IMG/VR virus record: IMGVR_UViG_2639763153_000002
Source: a virus
Lineage: Duplodnaviria > Heunggongvirae > Uroviricota > Caudoviricetes
Strand: one strand, 5' to 3'
Length of the DNA: 64,000 nucleotides
Every line of letters starts with the position of its first letter. Position 1 is the first letter of the stretch. The notes beneath the pieces were generated by a model. It saw only the letters and a program-made list of their open reading frames with translations. It had not been told where the DNA came from and did not search any database. Shown here piece after piece: positions 46,604 through 55,578 of this stretch. The position numbers were made by a program, and so were the translations under genes.

Positions 46604-46612
46604 CGAAGAGCC

Positions 46613-47047
46613 TTATTCAATTTCCCAGGGTTTTTTCTCCCGCGGCAGATTTTTGTTGGCGCGTCCTACTGTTTTAGGATCAGCAGTCGCCTGCCGGGTG
46701 ATACGCAGTCGCGTTGCCAGTGAAGACGCAGAACGCACTTCACGCTCGCGCATCGTGAGCAATTTATCGTAGCGCTTCAGCCCATCATCCCGAGCCAGCC
46801 ACTCCAGCTCAAACTCCTCGATCTGAGTGGTTAACAGTCTCGCCTGCACTACATGCCGACAGTACATTTCCATCATGTCGCGATGTGTTTCAGTAAATGA
46901 GCTGGCCGGGTTATCGTTAACCAGTCTGATCCAGACGTTTATCTCTGGATCGCTAAGGTGTAACGAGGGCTGCAGCCTGCTTTCAGCCAGAGCCGGAAGC
47001 GACACAGCCGTCGTCGCGGCAAGAGATTTTCTGCCTCGCTGTGCCAT
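46613..47047 (-). CDS. Terminase small subunit (P27 family)
   Basis: MAQRGRKSLAAT... N-terminus. Size 144 aa. Confidence 0.75.
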   Translation of the reverse strand: MAQRGRKSLAATTAVSLPALAESRLQPSLHLSDPEINVWIRLVNDNPASSFTETHRDMMEMYCRHVVQARLLTTQIEEFELEWLARDDGLKRYDKLLTMREREVRSASSLATRLRITRQATADPKTVGRANKNLPREKKPWEIE

Positions 47048-47167
47048 CGCTTTTTCCTTTTTTTCTGGACGTTTTTGAAAAGAAAACTGGGGGCGCGGTC
47101 TTTTTACGATTGCCGCCAGAGTTTTACCCCTTCCCCCACCCTGTCGGGCTGATAATGAGAAAAGCTA

Positions 47168-47377
47168 TCATTTCTCGATGATCCGCAGGTTTTCACGGGG
47201 AGGGCTGGGGGGCTCCAGTCGCTCACCGACACCGACAGACATTGTCAGGATGATCGTTGGTAGCGTCTCGTTTGCTGTATGACTGAAGGAGATGGCGGAT
47301 GCAGAAAGAAAGCTCACACCATCAATGCTCAGTTCCACCAGCTTGCCATCCCGGTATTCAATCTTCAGGTCTTGCAT
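47168..47377 (-). CDS. Small hypothetical protein
   Basis: 69-aa ORF. Confidence 0.35.
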   Translation of the reverse strand: MQDLKIEYRDGKLVELSIDGVSFLSASAISFSHTANETLPTIILTMSVGVGERLEPPSPPRENLRIIEK

Positions 47378-47389
47378 TGCGCGCTCCTG

Positions 47390-47686
47390 TTACCAGATTA
47401 CCCTGCCTTCATTGTCGAACTCGGTAACCGTTCCGCCCTTCTCCATGCGTTGCTTAACCGAGTCGTGGCAGCGCTTGCATAGCGACTGAAGATTGTCCGG
47501 GTTGTGGAAAAGGGTTTCATCGCCCTTGTGAGGTTTGATGTGATCAACAACGGTTGCGGATATCACCTGATTTCGCCTGAGGTGAAACTCGCAGAGTGGC
47601 TGTTTCTGAAGCTGGTGATAACGCAACCGGTACCACCTTTTAGTGTTATAGAGATGATGCCAGGGTGAATTAGTTGCCATATTCAC
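47390..47686 (-). CDS. HNH endonuclease (terminase-associated)
   Basis: CEFHLRRNQVISATVVDHIKPH...LCKRCH motif. Confidence 0.8.
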   Translation of the reverse strand: MNMATNSPWHHLYNTKRWYRLRYHQLQKQPLCEFHLRRNQVISATVVDHIKPHKGDETLFHNPDNLQSLCKRCHDSVKQRMEKGGTVTEFDNEGRVIW

Positions 47687-47751
47687 TCCAATAAAAAAGC
47701 CACCAGCGAAAGCTAGTGGCTCAGTAATGACTCGGTAGAAAGCAAGGTATT

Positions 47752-47958
47752 TTAATTGCTTGACGGTGGCGGAGGTAAAGGCATCCAGTGAGTTATTTCA
47801 AGATTAAAATACTGGCTGTTATCAATAATCACGATATTGCCAAATCCGGTAAGGGGATTGAATTCCGCAAAGCCAACACCTTTATCCGTATTTACGATAT
47901 ACCAAGAAACCTGTTTGGTTGGCTGTGGTAATTTAAATTTTACTGATGTCCATTGCAT
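47752..47958 (-). CDS. DUF551-like small phage protein
   Basis: 68 aa with W..LP...H-W-PLP pattern. Confidence 0.45.
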   Translation of the reverse strand: MQWTSVKFKLPQPTKQVSWYIVNTDKGVGFAEFNPLTGFGNIVIIDNSQYFNLEITHWMPLPPPPSSN

Positions 47959-48029
47959 TTACTTGCCCTCTCGATTAAGTAACGCATCGACATTATCACA
48001 GGCACTCAGTGAATGCCTGCTGTAATGCC

Positions 48030-48275
48030 TTAGCTGACCTTCTCAGCGGCAGTATCAAACAGCGCCAGCGCTTCGGTCGCTTCCTGGATTGCCTTACGGG
48101 TCTTCGAGACAATCTCACTTTCCGTGAAAACACGATCGAAAGAGTCAGCGAATAGCTCAGACTTCAGATAGCTGTCGCCTACCCAGTCAATGGCCAGCTT
48201 GGCCGCTGCGGTGTCATAATTAACTTTCTTGATTATATCCAGGCGGATTTGCTCGGATGCAGTGATCTCTGACAT
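48030..48275 (-). CDS. Conserved small phage protein (paralogue of 7584..7829)
   Basis: Shared motifs and position. Confidence 0.55.
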   Translation of the reverse strand: MSEITASEQIRLDIIKKVNYDTAAAKLAIDWVGDSYLKSELFADSFDRVFTESEIVSKTRKAIQEATEALALFDTAAEKVS

Positions 48276-48403
48276 GTCTTACCTCTGTGCGATGTGGGGA
48301 GTATTAGCGAAGCCATTCGACAAAATAGCCTCTGTGATGCTTTTGCATTTATCTTTGCCGTGTGTACAAGCTGAACGGTTTCCTTACGTATGCCTGTTAC
48401 GCA

Positions 48404-48437
48404 CAATAAAAAAGGTCGCATAAAAAATGCGACCTTT
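48404..48437 (-). terminator. Strong rho-independent terminator (11-bp perfect stem AAAGGTCGCAT/ATGCGACCTTT plus T-rich tail on - strand)
   Basis: Read from sequence. Confidence 0.6.
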
Positions 48438-48709
48438 GGTTGGTACCAGTTAGAAAACTAAAATCTCTCAGGAGCCACCCGGGAGAGGCTTTTCTGCTTT
48501 TTAACTGACCACTGCCGTTTTGGTGTTGGCTGGCAGTGATCACGTGATGATAGCTTCATTTAAGTTATCGAAAGCATTTAAATATCGAAAGAGCTCATTG
48601 AACCAATCATTTTCAACTTGCCGGAACATTCAACCAGAGCACCAGGCATCTCTGCTGGTCTTTTGATGGCAATTCTCAGCTCTCCCGAACGAGGCCGGTA
48701 ACTAACAAT

Positions 48710-48958
48710 TTATTCGACAGTTCCTTCGGCATTAACCCAAAGATCTAGATGCTTGATGTAGCGTTGGATGGGCACATAAATAACCACCCCATCTACAAGG
48801 TTAACGGACTTGATAACAAATCCCTGCGGAGCTAAATAATCCCCATCACAATGAGGGTGAATAGAGTGCTCGTCACCGTATCGATAACCATGCGGAAGTT
48901 GAGGGAGTGAATTTCTTGTCATGGGCAGCTTCTTAGATAGAAGGAATTGAAAATCCAT
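48710..48958 (-). CDS. Hypothetical moron protein with its own terminator
   Basis: 82-aa ORF followed by the terminator above. Confidence 0.35.
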   Translation of the reverse strand: MDFQFLLSKKLPMTRNSLPQLPHGYRYGDEHSIHPHCDGDYLAPQGFVIKSVNLVDGVVIYVPIQRYIKHLDLWVNAEGTVE

Positions 48959-49088
48959 AGTGCCTTAATGCACCTGACTTAGATACCAACTTTTCATTTT
49001 TCAGCGCTCTGTTGTCTCGTATTCTGATTTTTTGTTCATGTGGCCATGTAAATTTCAATACCTAAAGTGTTCTGCGTTTGTAGCTGAA

Positions 49089-49319
49089 TTACCTGGAACC
49101 CTTCTCTGTGAGCTGCGAGCAATTGGCCTGCACTGCTTTGTTGTGCGCCAGGATGTCACGCTTGGTCTGCTTATCCAACACATCGATATCGTGGTCAGTC
49201 AGGTAGATGATCCGCACCCAGCTGCAGGCCGTGTCAACGACTACCGGGGCGGGTAAACTTTTCGCGCAACTCCCGATCAACATCGTCATCGCCCATACGC
49301 TTAACGTCTTCCTGTACAT
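49089..49319 (-). CDS. o-spanin lipoprotein (LysC-like), overlapping i-spanin in another frame
   Basis: MYRKTLSVWAMTMLIGSC lipobox. Listed ORF extends upstream in-frame. Confidence 0.5.
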   Translation of the reverse strand: MYRKTLSVWAMTMLIGSCAKSLPAPVVVDTACSWVRIIYLTDHDIDVLDKQTKRDILAHNKAVQANCSQLTEKGSR

Positions 49320-49509
49320 CGCTGGCCCCTTTCGTGACTTCAGCACGGCGTTCTGCCGCGGCGACAGTAGCAGCGGCGTTCTCTTCGGTACGTTGCTGAT
49401 CAGCTTTGGCTTTCGCCTTACTGGCCCCGCGAGCATGGCCAATGCCGAACGCGCCAGCAATAGCACCCAGGATGACGACCACCAGTCCCGCGATAATTTC
49501 AAAGCTCAT
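49234..49509 (-). CDS. i-spanin (LysB-like): N-terminal TM plus charged helical periplasmic domain
   Basis: IIAGLVVVILGAIAGAF TM, then KAKAKADQQRTEE... Confidence 0.5.
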   Translation of the reverse strand: MSFEIIAGLVVVILGAIAGAFGIGHARGASKAKAKADQQRTEENAAATVAAAERRAEVTKGASDVQEDVKRMGDDDVDRELREKFTRPGSR

Positions 49510-49850
49510 TGCTGCTCCTTCAGTTCGTCGGCCTTTTCTTTCAATGCTGGCTGGCGTACGTACTGCGATAGTACGGCCAGCACCACCAGCGCAGGGCTAA
49601 TCAACGCAACGATGTTTGGCGGCAGGATGTTTTTGATATCCGGCGGCAGCACCGCCCAGGCGTGCAGCGCAGCATCCGGGAACGACTGCGCCCATACACC
49701 AACCAGCGCGCCGATAGCTCCCAGCTTTACAGACCACGTTTTCAGCAGCAAGCTGGCATGCCCTACGAACTCCAGCCGGGTATATTTGCGCAGAAGTAAC
49801 AGAACGAGCACAGCCACCAGCACAAGCAAAGCGAAAATGATCATCTTCAC
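49506..49850 (-). CDS. LysA-like multi-TM lysis-associated membrane protein (holin/antiholin-like)
   Basis: Three hydrophobic segments. Between endolysin and spanins, as in P2. Confidence 0.45.
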   Translation of the reverse strand: MKMIIFALLVLVAVLVLLLLRKYTRLEFVGHASLLLKTWSVKLGAIGALVGVWAQSFPDAALHAWAVLPPDIKNILPPNIVALISPALVVLAVLSQYVRQPALKEKADELKEQQ

Positions 49851-50386
49851 AGGACACGCTCCTTAACCCAGCCGTAGAGAAAATCCTCGTTGGCTTCGCG
49901 GCCCTCCGCCAGTTCGAGGTATCTGGCACCCTGGCTGCAGTTCAGCGCACGCAACAGAACCTGTTCACCCTCTTTCCCGCGGGCGGAAAGGTATCCCTTA
50001 AGCGCGGTGATGGTTCGGGGACCAATGGCGCCATCCGGAATCAGATCGGGATACAGCTTTCCGCGCATATTCATTGCGGTCAGCCAGCGCTGGAAAAACT
50101 TACTGGCTACAGATGGCCCCATGTTCACGCCAGTGTCGCAAAGCTCATCTGCCAGTAACGTAGATAGAGCTGCCACCTGGTCAAACCGGGGGCCGGTCCA
50201 GTAATCGCTCAGCAGGATTTGCTTTGCTGTTTCCCTGGGCAGGTTCCGCATATCACCGGTGTAGCCATGTGCACGGGCGGTGGTCTGCGTGATGCCCCAG
50301 CGGGTCGGCCCGCCTTTATCCGACGGATGATCGACATAACCACCCTCCTTGCCGAGGATCCCCTCGATAATCTGATCTGCTGTCAT
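49847..50386 (-). CDS. Endolysin, GH108 N-terminal domain with peptidoglycan-binding C-terminus
   Basis: EGGYVDHPSDKGGPTRWGIT motif. Confidence 0.85.
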   Translation of the reverse strand: MTADQIIEGILGKEGGYVDHPSDKGGPTRWGITQTTARAHGYTGDMRNLPRETAKQILLSDYWTGPRFDQVAALSTLLADELCDTGVNMGPSVASKFFQRWLTAMNMRGKLYPDLIPDGAIGPRTITALKGYLSARGKEGEQVLLRALNCSQGARYLELAEGREANEDFLYGWVKERVL

Positions 50387-50694
50387 GGCGCCTTAACTCC
50401 GGTAATGCGTTCCCAGAAATAGGTCAAAGCAACAGAACCCATTGCCCCGCTAATTCCGGAAGTGGCCAGTATCATGTAAATGCTCAGTCCGCTTTCAATG
50501 CTCACCAGGCCAGCAATAACGCCGGTAAACCCTGAAACCACCATTTGGGCAAGAGCATTGATCAAGCTCCATGTTGCCTTGCTCTGCTTCACATCTATCA
50601 GGTAGCGGACAAGTCCACCCCAGCAAGCAATGATCAGCAGAACCAGCCAGGACATCCCGGCAATGCTCTCTTTGTCTTGCATACGTTTAGCCAT
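50383..50694 (-). CDS. Holin (3-TM class)
   Basis: 103 aa, three hydrophobic helices. First gene of the lysis operon. Confidence 0.75.
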   Translation of the reverse strand: MAKRMQDKESIAGMSWLVLLIIACWGGLVRYLIDVKQSKATWSLINALAQMVVSGFTGVIAGLVSIESGLSIYMILATSGISGAMGSVALTYFWERITGVKAP

Positions 50695-50970
50695 AGTTAC
50701 CGCCTCCGATGGAAGATCGGGAAGCTGTGTGTTTGAAAAGGGTCAGGCCCGTCAGGCTGGATTTAACAACGAAGCGTGTCGATGATGATTCCTGCGGGAC
50801 CTGATAATAAAAAAGCCATGCAAATGCATGGCCTTGTGATTTGAATCCGTTATTTACAAAATGTATTCGAGACAGTATCTTTCGACTTCCGGACAAAAAA
50901 ACATATACCGGGACAAAATCTAAATGTAACTGCCTTGCCTGCATGAAACCATGCGGGCTTTTTTTTGCCC

Positions 50971-50995
50971 AAAGAAAAAGCCCACCGAAGTGGGC
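50971..50995 (-). terminator. tR'-like rho-independent terminator on - strand (GCCCAC-cgaa-GTGGGC plus U-run)
   Basis: Read from sequence. Downstream of the PR'-like element and upstream of the holin. Confidence 0.6.
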
Positions 50996-51104
50996 CTTAC
51001 AACTATCATCATTTTTTATTAGGTGTGGTGCCGGGTGCCTCCCGGTAAGTCGCCGCCAGTCCACAGACGACTCGCAATGCGCAAAAAAACATATCAGACT
51101 GGCA

Positions 51105-51170
51105 ATGCCCCTCCGCATAGGGGGATTCACCACGCCAAAAATTTAACACCACAATAACATCACTTCAATA
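51105..51170 (-). promoter_or_regulatory. PR'-like late promoter region of prophage B with conserved GTGGTGAATCCCCCTATGCGGAGGGG element
   Basis: The motif is shared with 4405..4440. Candidate -35 TTGAAG and -10 TAAATT on - strand. Confidence 0.4.
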
Positions 51171-51309
51171 CTTTACGACGACGTGACAGGGGTGCATCTC
51201 GCGAATACCCCTGTCATATCGCCGAAAAGCAAAAACCCCGCCAGTCGACAGGGTTTCGATGATTAGGCTGTATGTCGAAGTGACCACTCCTAACAGATTA
51301 CGATAGTTT

Positions 51310-51338
51310 TTGCGTACGCGTTAGAGATTTCGTATGCT
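51310..51338 (+). promoter_or_regulatory. Sigma70-like promoter TTGCGT-N17-TATGCT for the moron operon
   Basis: Hexamers and spacing read from sequence. Implies start codon at 51375 rather than 51342. Confidence 0.45.
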
Positions 51339-51341
51339 GCA

Positions 51342-52460
51342 ATGAATAACATGCTAACAAGCAAGGATAAGGCGATGGCGAGTGTAGACTTTAGCTTTGA
51401 GGGGCTTCTTATAGAGAGAATTATCGCACACAGGGTTTTTCCTAAAAGTGCTGATAAATCATTAACTCCCCCAAAAACCAGCAAGTCTTTAATGGCATTC
51501 AAACAAGATGCATTAGATGCTTTTCAGGTGAGGATTACTGAAGCTTTGGCAAGTAAATCTCATGGAATTGAAATGTCTATTGGTGGTGTTGGTGATGATT
51601 GTTTTTTAAATTTGTCGGCTTCAACGTTTTCTAATGATACAGATCATTTCATCAAGGTTACCGAACGGCTTGCAAGTAAACTTAGCGAGGCACAATACAA
51701 TAGTTCGGCTCCTGGTGGGATATTAGCTGTATTGTCGGGCCGTGTTGGAAATGATTCACTTCCATTCCTTGCGGTAATAAAAGCTGAAACTCAGAATGGT
51801 TTTAGAACTGTGGAAAATGATGATCAGGTGACAATGGAGTTTATTGCAGAACTTCTTTTAACGCCTGCGCAACGTTTTTATAAGATTGGCTTTATAGTTC
51901 AAACTATTGCTTTACCTCCTGATAACTATGGTAATTATAACAGCTCATCTTATCGTGCTTTTTTGTTCGACCATTTAATGACATCGACTGAAACAAAAAA
52001 CGCCGCTGGGTATTTTTACTCCCGATTCTTGGATATGGATATAAGCAAGTCATCAAAAAAACTTACTCAGGATTTTTTTGAGAGTACCAGGGACTTCATC
52101 AATACTGCACAAATAGAGGAAAGCAGTAAGCTTGCGCTACATGAGGCTTTAAGAAGCGAAATGCGCTCTAGAAAGACCACATTAAGTACTGCGGATTTCG
52201 CTGAAACAAATCTCCCTGAAGAAATGCAGAGTGAGTATTTGGAATTTATGAAGAACAAAAGCTTCCCTGCAGCGGCAGTGACTAAAGACAACGGCTATAT
52301 TGAATCCAAGTTAAAAATAAGAAGCAAGCTCGTATTCTCTAATGATGTATGGGTTTCCGTGCCACCAGATCAATTAAAAAATCTTGTAGAAATTATCCCA
52401 TCGGATGATAATGAATCAACGATTTTGAAAATAAAAGGGCGGCTTAAAAGTCAACAATAA
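51342..52460 (+). CDS. NA37/YejK(NdpA)-like nucleoid-associated-protein-family protein (probable start 51375 with AAGGA RBS)
   Basis: IIAHRV near N-terminus. GGILAVLSG...LPFLAVIKAE resembles the GGF[VL]...LAV block of YejK. AT-rich. Confidence 0.55.
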   Translation: MNNMLTSKDKAMASVDFSFEGLLIERIIAHRVFPKSADKSLTPPKTSKSLMAFKQDALDAFQVRITEALASKSHGIEMSIGGVGDDCFLNLSASTFSNDTDHFIKVTERLASKLSEAQYNSSAPGGILAVLSGRVGNDSLPFLAVIKAETQNGFRTVENDDQVTMEFIAELLLTPAQRFYKIGFIVQTIALPPDNYGNYNSSSYRAFLFDHLMTSTETKNAAGYFYSRFLDMDISKSSKKLTQDFFESTRDFINTAQIEESSKLALHEALRSEMRSRKTTLSTADFAETNLPEEMQSEYLEFMKNKSFPAAAVTKDNGYIESKLKIRSKLVFSNDVWVSVPPDQLKNLVEIIPSDDNESTILKIKGRLKSQQ

Positions 52461-53452
52461 TGGATATCAATGAGTTCCGCGAGTTTTTACAGGCACACCA
52501 GGATGCTTACGCAGCTTGGGGGCAGTTTGTGTCTGAAGAAATTTGCAACGCACTTCGCAACTCCTTAGGGGATGACAAGGCCAAACTCTTTCTAAAGATC
52601 CGCTCAGAACCAAGGCTAAAAACTATCGCCTCAGCATTAGGAAAGGTCAGCCGAAAAGGCTATGATAATCCAATGGTGCAAATGACTGATTTGATTGGTG
52701 TGCGTTTTGTAGTCTTGCTCTCTGTTGAAATCAGAACTATCAGTGACATAATCGAGAACTGCGATAAATGGCATGCGACTGTTTCTAAAGACTATTTATC
52801 AGAAATTGATGTTAACCCCAAAATTTTTGACTATCAATCTCGGCATTACGAAGTAAGACCGATAACTCAATTCGACTACCGTGGTGAGAGTATAACGCCG
52901 GAAATGTGTTGTGAGGTTCAAGTTAGAACCTTGCTTCAACACGCCTATGCTGAATTAGTTCATGACAGCATCTACAAACCTTCTGGTGATGTACCTAAAT
53001 CGGCTGAAAGACAGATAGCTCGTAGCATGGCCTTAATGGAGACAACAGATGATCTTTTTTGCAAAACAATGGAAATTTTGGCCGATAATAGCAAGGAAAG
53101 AAACAAGCTTTTAGAATTCCTTTCAGGTTATTACTCAGAAAAAATTGGCAAGCAATACATTGATGAAGATTTACATGTTAACTTCTCCGTCATTGATACC
53201 TTTAAAGAGCACATTGACGACAATCTGCCAAATAAAATCCACGTGCTACTCAGTGAGAAAAAATACATTCCGATACGGATAATAAATAGAGTTGAGTACA
53301 ATCCTCTATTCACTCAACCATGCATACTGTTTGTATACTGGCTAGCAAGCCAGTTAGACTCTGGTGAATTGCTTTCACACTGGCCCTTGCCGGGCAATAT
53401 TAGTGGGCTGGAGTTAGTATTAAGCGACCTAGGAAAAAGCATTTCTCGTTAG
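52460..53452 (+). CDS. RelA/SpoT-domain nucleotidyltransferase (small alarmone synthetase/toxSAS-like) with about 150-aa C-terminal extension
   Basis: RLKTIASALGKVSRK, TDLIGVRFVV, DY, and EVQVRTLLQHAYAELVHDSIYK synthetase motifs. TAATG coupling to the upstream gene. Confidence 0.8.
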   Translation: MDINEFREFLQAHQDAYAAWGQFVSEEICNALRNSLGDDKAKLFLKIRSEPRLKTIASALGKVSRKGYDNPMVQMTDLIGVRFVVLLSVEIRTISDIIENCDKWHATVSKDYLSEIDVNPKIFDYQSRHYEVRPITQFDYRGESITPEMCCEVQVRTLLQHAYAELVHDSIYKPSGDVPKSAERQIARSMALMETTDDLFCKTMEILADNSKERNKLLEFLSGYYSEKIGKQYIDEDLHVNFSVIDTFKEHIDDNLPNKIHVLLSEKKYIPIRIINRVEYNPLFTQPCILFVYWLASQLDSGELLSHWPLPGNISGLELVLSDLGKSISR

Positions 53453-53491
53453 AAAGCCAATCTTTCAACTGGCTTTCATGGAGTTTAGTAT

Positions 53492-53839
53492 TTAAAAATC
53501 TAACATCGAAATGCAACCATCTACAAACCCCATCGCAGTCTGCAATTCCTTCCTGATGGTCCCATCAGAACACTTCCGTTTCTTCGCGATGCTTCTTAAT
53601 GAGATACCAATAACAAAATGAGCAATAATTAACTCATACTCCTCCGGTTTATACTTCCGTAATCGCGCCACACACCCGTCAATGATGATACCTTCATCAT
53701 CATTGCACTGAAGCCGTGACTTCTTGCCGTGTGGGAGCAGTCCTTTAAACCCAGCAGCGATTGGTTGCCAGTCAACACCGTTACCGTCAGCAGCGGCCCA
53801 TGCGCCCCAGCGGTCTAATACTTCGTACATATCACGCAT
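53492..53839 (-). CDS. Q: Late-gene antiterminator Q (phage 82 type)
   Basis: MRDMYEVLDRWGAWAA...AAGFKGL...C.DDE...GC.ARL closely follows the Q82 pattern. Confidence 0.8.
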   Translation of the reverse strand: MRDMYEVLDRWGAWAAADGNGVDWQPIAAGFKGLLPHGKKSRLQCNDDEGIIIDGCVARLRKYKPEEYELIIAHFVIGISLRSIAKKRKCSDGTIRKELQTAMGFVDGCISMLDF

Positions 53840-54350
53840 TGTTGTTATCTCCCGCGCTGTCGTTATCAGAAATTAAAATTTGTCCGGATTCACCCCAGAG
53901 CTTTGTTACCCGCAAATCCCAGATATGTGCATCTTCGGCATACAGGGCATCCATCAGCGCTTTAATCATGTTGTCGACGTCCGGCTTTTGTTGGTGGGCC
54001 TGACCGTTCATTACTGCGCGTTTCTTCTGGCTCCAACTCGCCGGCATCGGCAGGATGAAGGTGATGTGACTTCCCGCCTCCGGCATGGTGACCTTCTTAA
54101 GGCGGACCTCATCGCAGAATGCCCGGTAGCGCATAACCACTTCTCGCTGCTTCCATTTGTCCGCCCGCGTCATCCTCGGCTTGCCCATTGGTGTAATGTT
54201 AAAAATCTTCATGGCCAGCCCGGCTCCCTTTCGTGTAACGGCGTTGATTTGCCTTTGGTTGCGGCGTCGAGCGCTGGCGAGCCTCATCCTGATCAATTGG
54301 CAGGAAATGACCGTTGTAGAACCGACGGTAGATAGTCCCCAGTTCCCCAT
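53832..54350 (-). CDS. rusA: RusA-like Holliday junction resolvase (probable start MKIFNITP, about 54212)
   Basis: KPDVDNMIKALMDAL equals the RusA D-x-D-N motif. Confidence 0.7.
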   Translation of the reverse strand: MGNWGLSTVGSTTVISCQLIRMRLASARRRNQRQINAVTRKGAGLAMKIFNITPMGKPRMTRADKWKQREVVMRYRAFCDEVRLKKVTMPEAGSHITFILPMPASWSQKKRAVMNGQAHQQKPDVDNMIKALMDALYAEDAHIWDLRVTKLWGESGQILISDNDSAGDNNNA

Positions 54351-55578
54351 TCCGCTGTTTTGTCACGTTAATTTCGGCAATTCCCTTTGCTGGCGATTCA
54401 GGGTTATAAACCTCGTCGCGGTACAACATCAGGATCAAGTCAGCATCAGCCTCAATTTCTCCCGAGTTTTTCATATCGGAGTTCATTGGCCGCTTATTGG
54501 GTCTGGATTCGACACCGCGCGACAGCTGGCTCAGCGCAAGGACGGGGGTTTTATTGGATTTAGCCAGGTTTTTAAGCCCCTTGGATACTTCGCCAACGGC
54601 CAGGTCGTAACGCGCAGCGCTCTGAATTTTGATAAGCGCCAGATAGTCGATGACCACCAGCGCGATTTCAGGATGCGCTATCTGGTAGCGCGTGGCGGTT
54701 TGCTGTATCTGGTCGATGGTCAGTCCCGTGGCGTCGGTGATCCAGATATTGCGGGTGGCCATACGTTCCATGCCGTTAAAGAACCGCGCCCAGTCCTCAT
54801 CCTCGAATTTATCCACGGCTTTCAGGCGGGACATCGACATGCCGCCAGCGGCGGATACCATGCGTTTGGCGATCTGGATATCGGACATCTCCATGCTGAA
54901 AAACAGCACGCCATGCCCCTGAGCGGATACTTTGTCGATAATGTCCAAGGCCAGCTCGGTTTTTCCCATCGATGGACGAGCGGCGATAAACACCAGATCC
55001 GTAGGTTCAATACCGCCCGTCTTCGCATCAAGTTCCTCAATGCCGGTGAGCAGGCTTCGGGTCTCTTCTTTCCCCTGGCTACGGGATTCCGCTTCATCGG
55101 CCACCGCTGTGAGCAGTTCTGAGATGTGAACAGGCTGGACGGTATCAGCAGAAATATCGATGGCCGATACAGCCAGTTTTGCGGCTTCAAGAGCGGCCAG
55201 AGCAGCATCGCCGTTGCTGGCGCTCCTGATTTGTTCCAGTGCTTTTTCCAGTGCGGATTCAGCATCACGCACGCCGGCATTGCGACGCAGAACGTCAACA
55301 TAAGAGACCAGAGCCGATTTCGCCCAGCTGACGCGGGTGGCTTCCAGAATCGTGGTCTGAAGCGCCGGCAGCGACTCGCAAAGCAGTAGCGGGTCAATCA
55401 CACCACCGCCGCGGGCCTGTCGGCAGATGCCAGTGTAAATTTCCCGATACTGACGAACAGAGAAAGTGCTTGCAGGCAGCCGGGAAAGAACATCCAGTAC
55501 CTCAGGGTCGGCACCACGCAGGAACAATGCGCCGATAACTGCCTCTTCCAAATCCTCATTTTTCCACACGGGTGTCAT
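54199..55578 (-). CDS. Replicative DNA helicase DnaB-like
   Basis: 459 aa. Walker A GKTELALD. DnaB N-terminal domain. Confidence 0.9.
   Translation of the reverse strand: MTPVWKNEDLEEAVIGALFLRGADPEVLDVLSRLPASTFSVRQYREIYTGICRQARGGGVIDPLLLCESLPALQTTILEATRVSWAKSALVSYVDVLRRNAGVRDAESALEKALEQIRSASNGDAALAALEAAKLAVSAIDISADTVQPVHISELLTAVADEAESRSQGKEETRSLLTGIEELDAKTGGIEPTDLVFIAARPSMGKTELALDIIDKVSAQGHGVLFFSMEMSDIQIAKRMVSAAGGMSMSRLKAVDKFEDEDWARFFNGMERMATRNIWITDATGLTIDQIQQTATRYQIAHPEIALVVIDYLALIKIQSAARYDLAVGEVSKGLKNLAKSNKTPVLALSQLSRGVESRPNKRPMNSDMKNSGEIEADADLILMLYRDEVYNPESPAKGIAEINVTKQRNGELGTIYRRFYNGHFLPIDQDEARQRSTPQPKANQRRYTKGSRAGHEDF

Noticed and set aside
50687-51133. 148-aa - strand ORF in the holin-upstream region
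   Set aside because: Overlaps the PR'-like element, the conserved hairpin and the tR' terminator. Region reads as regulatory RNA, not protein
54157-55122. 321-aa ORF antisense to the DnaB helicase gene (and 55572..56315 antisense to the DnaC-like gene)
   Set aside because: Embedded in well-supported replication genes on the other strand. No RBS. Biased composition
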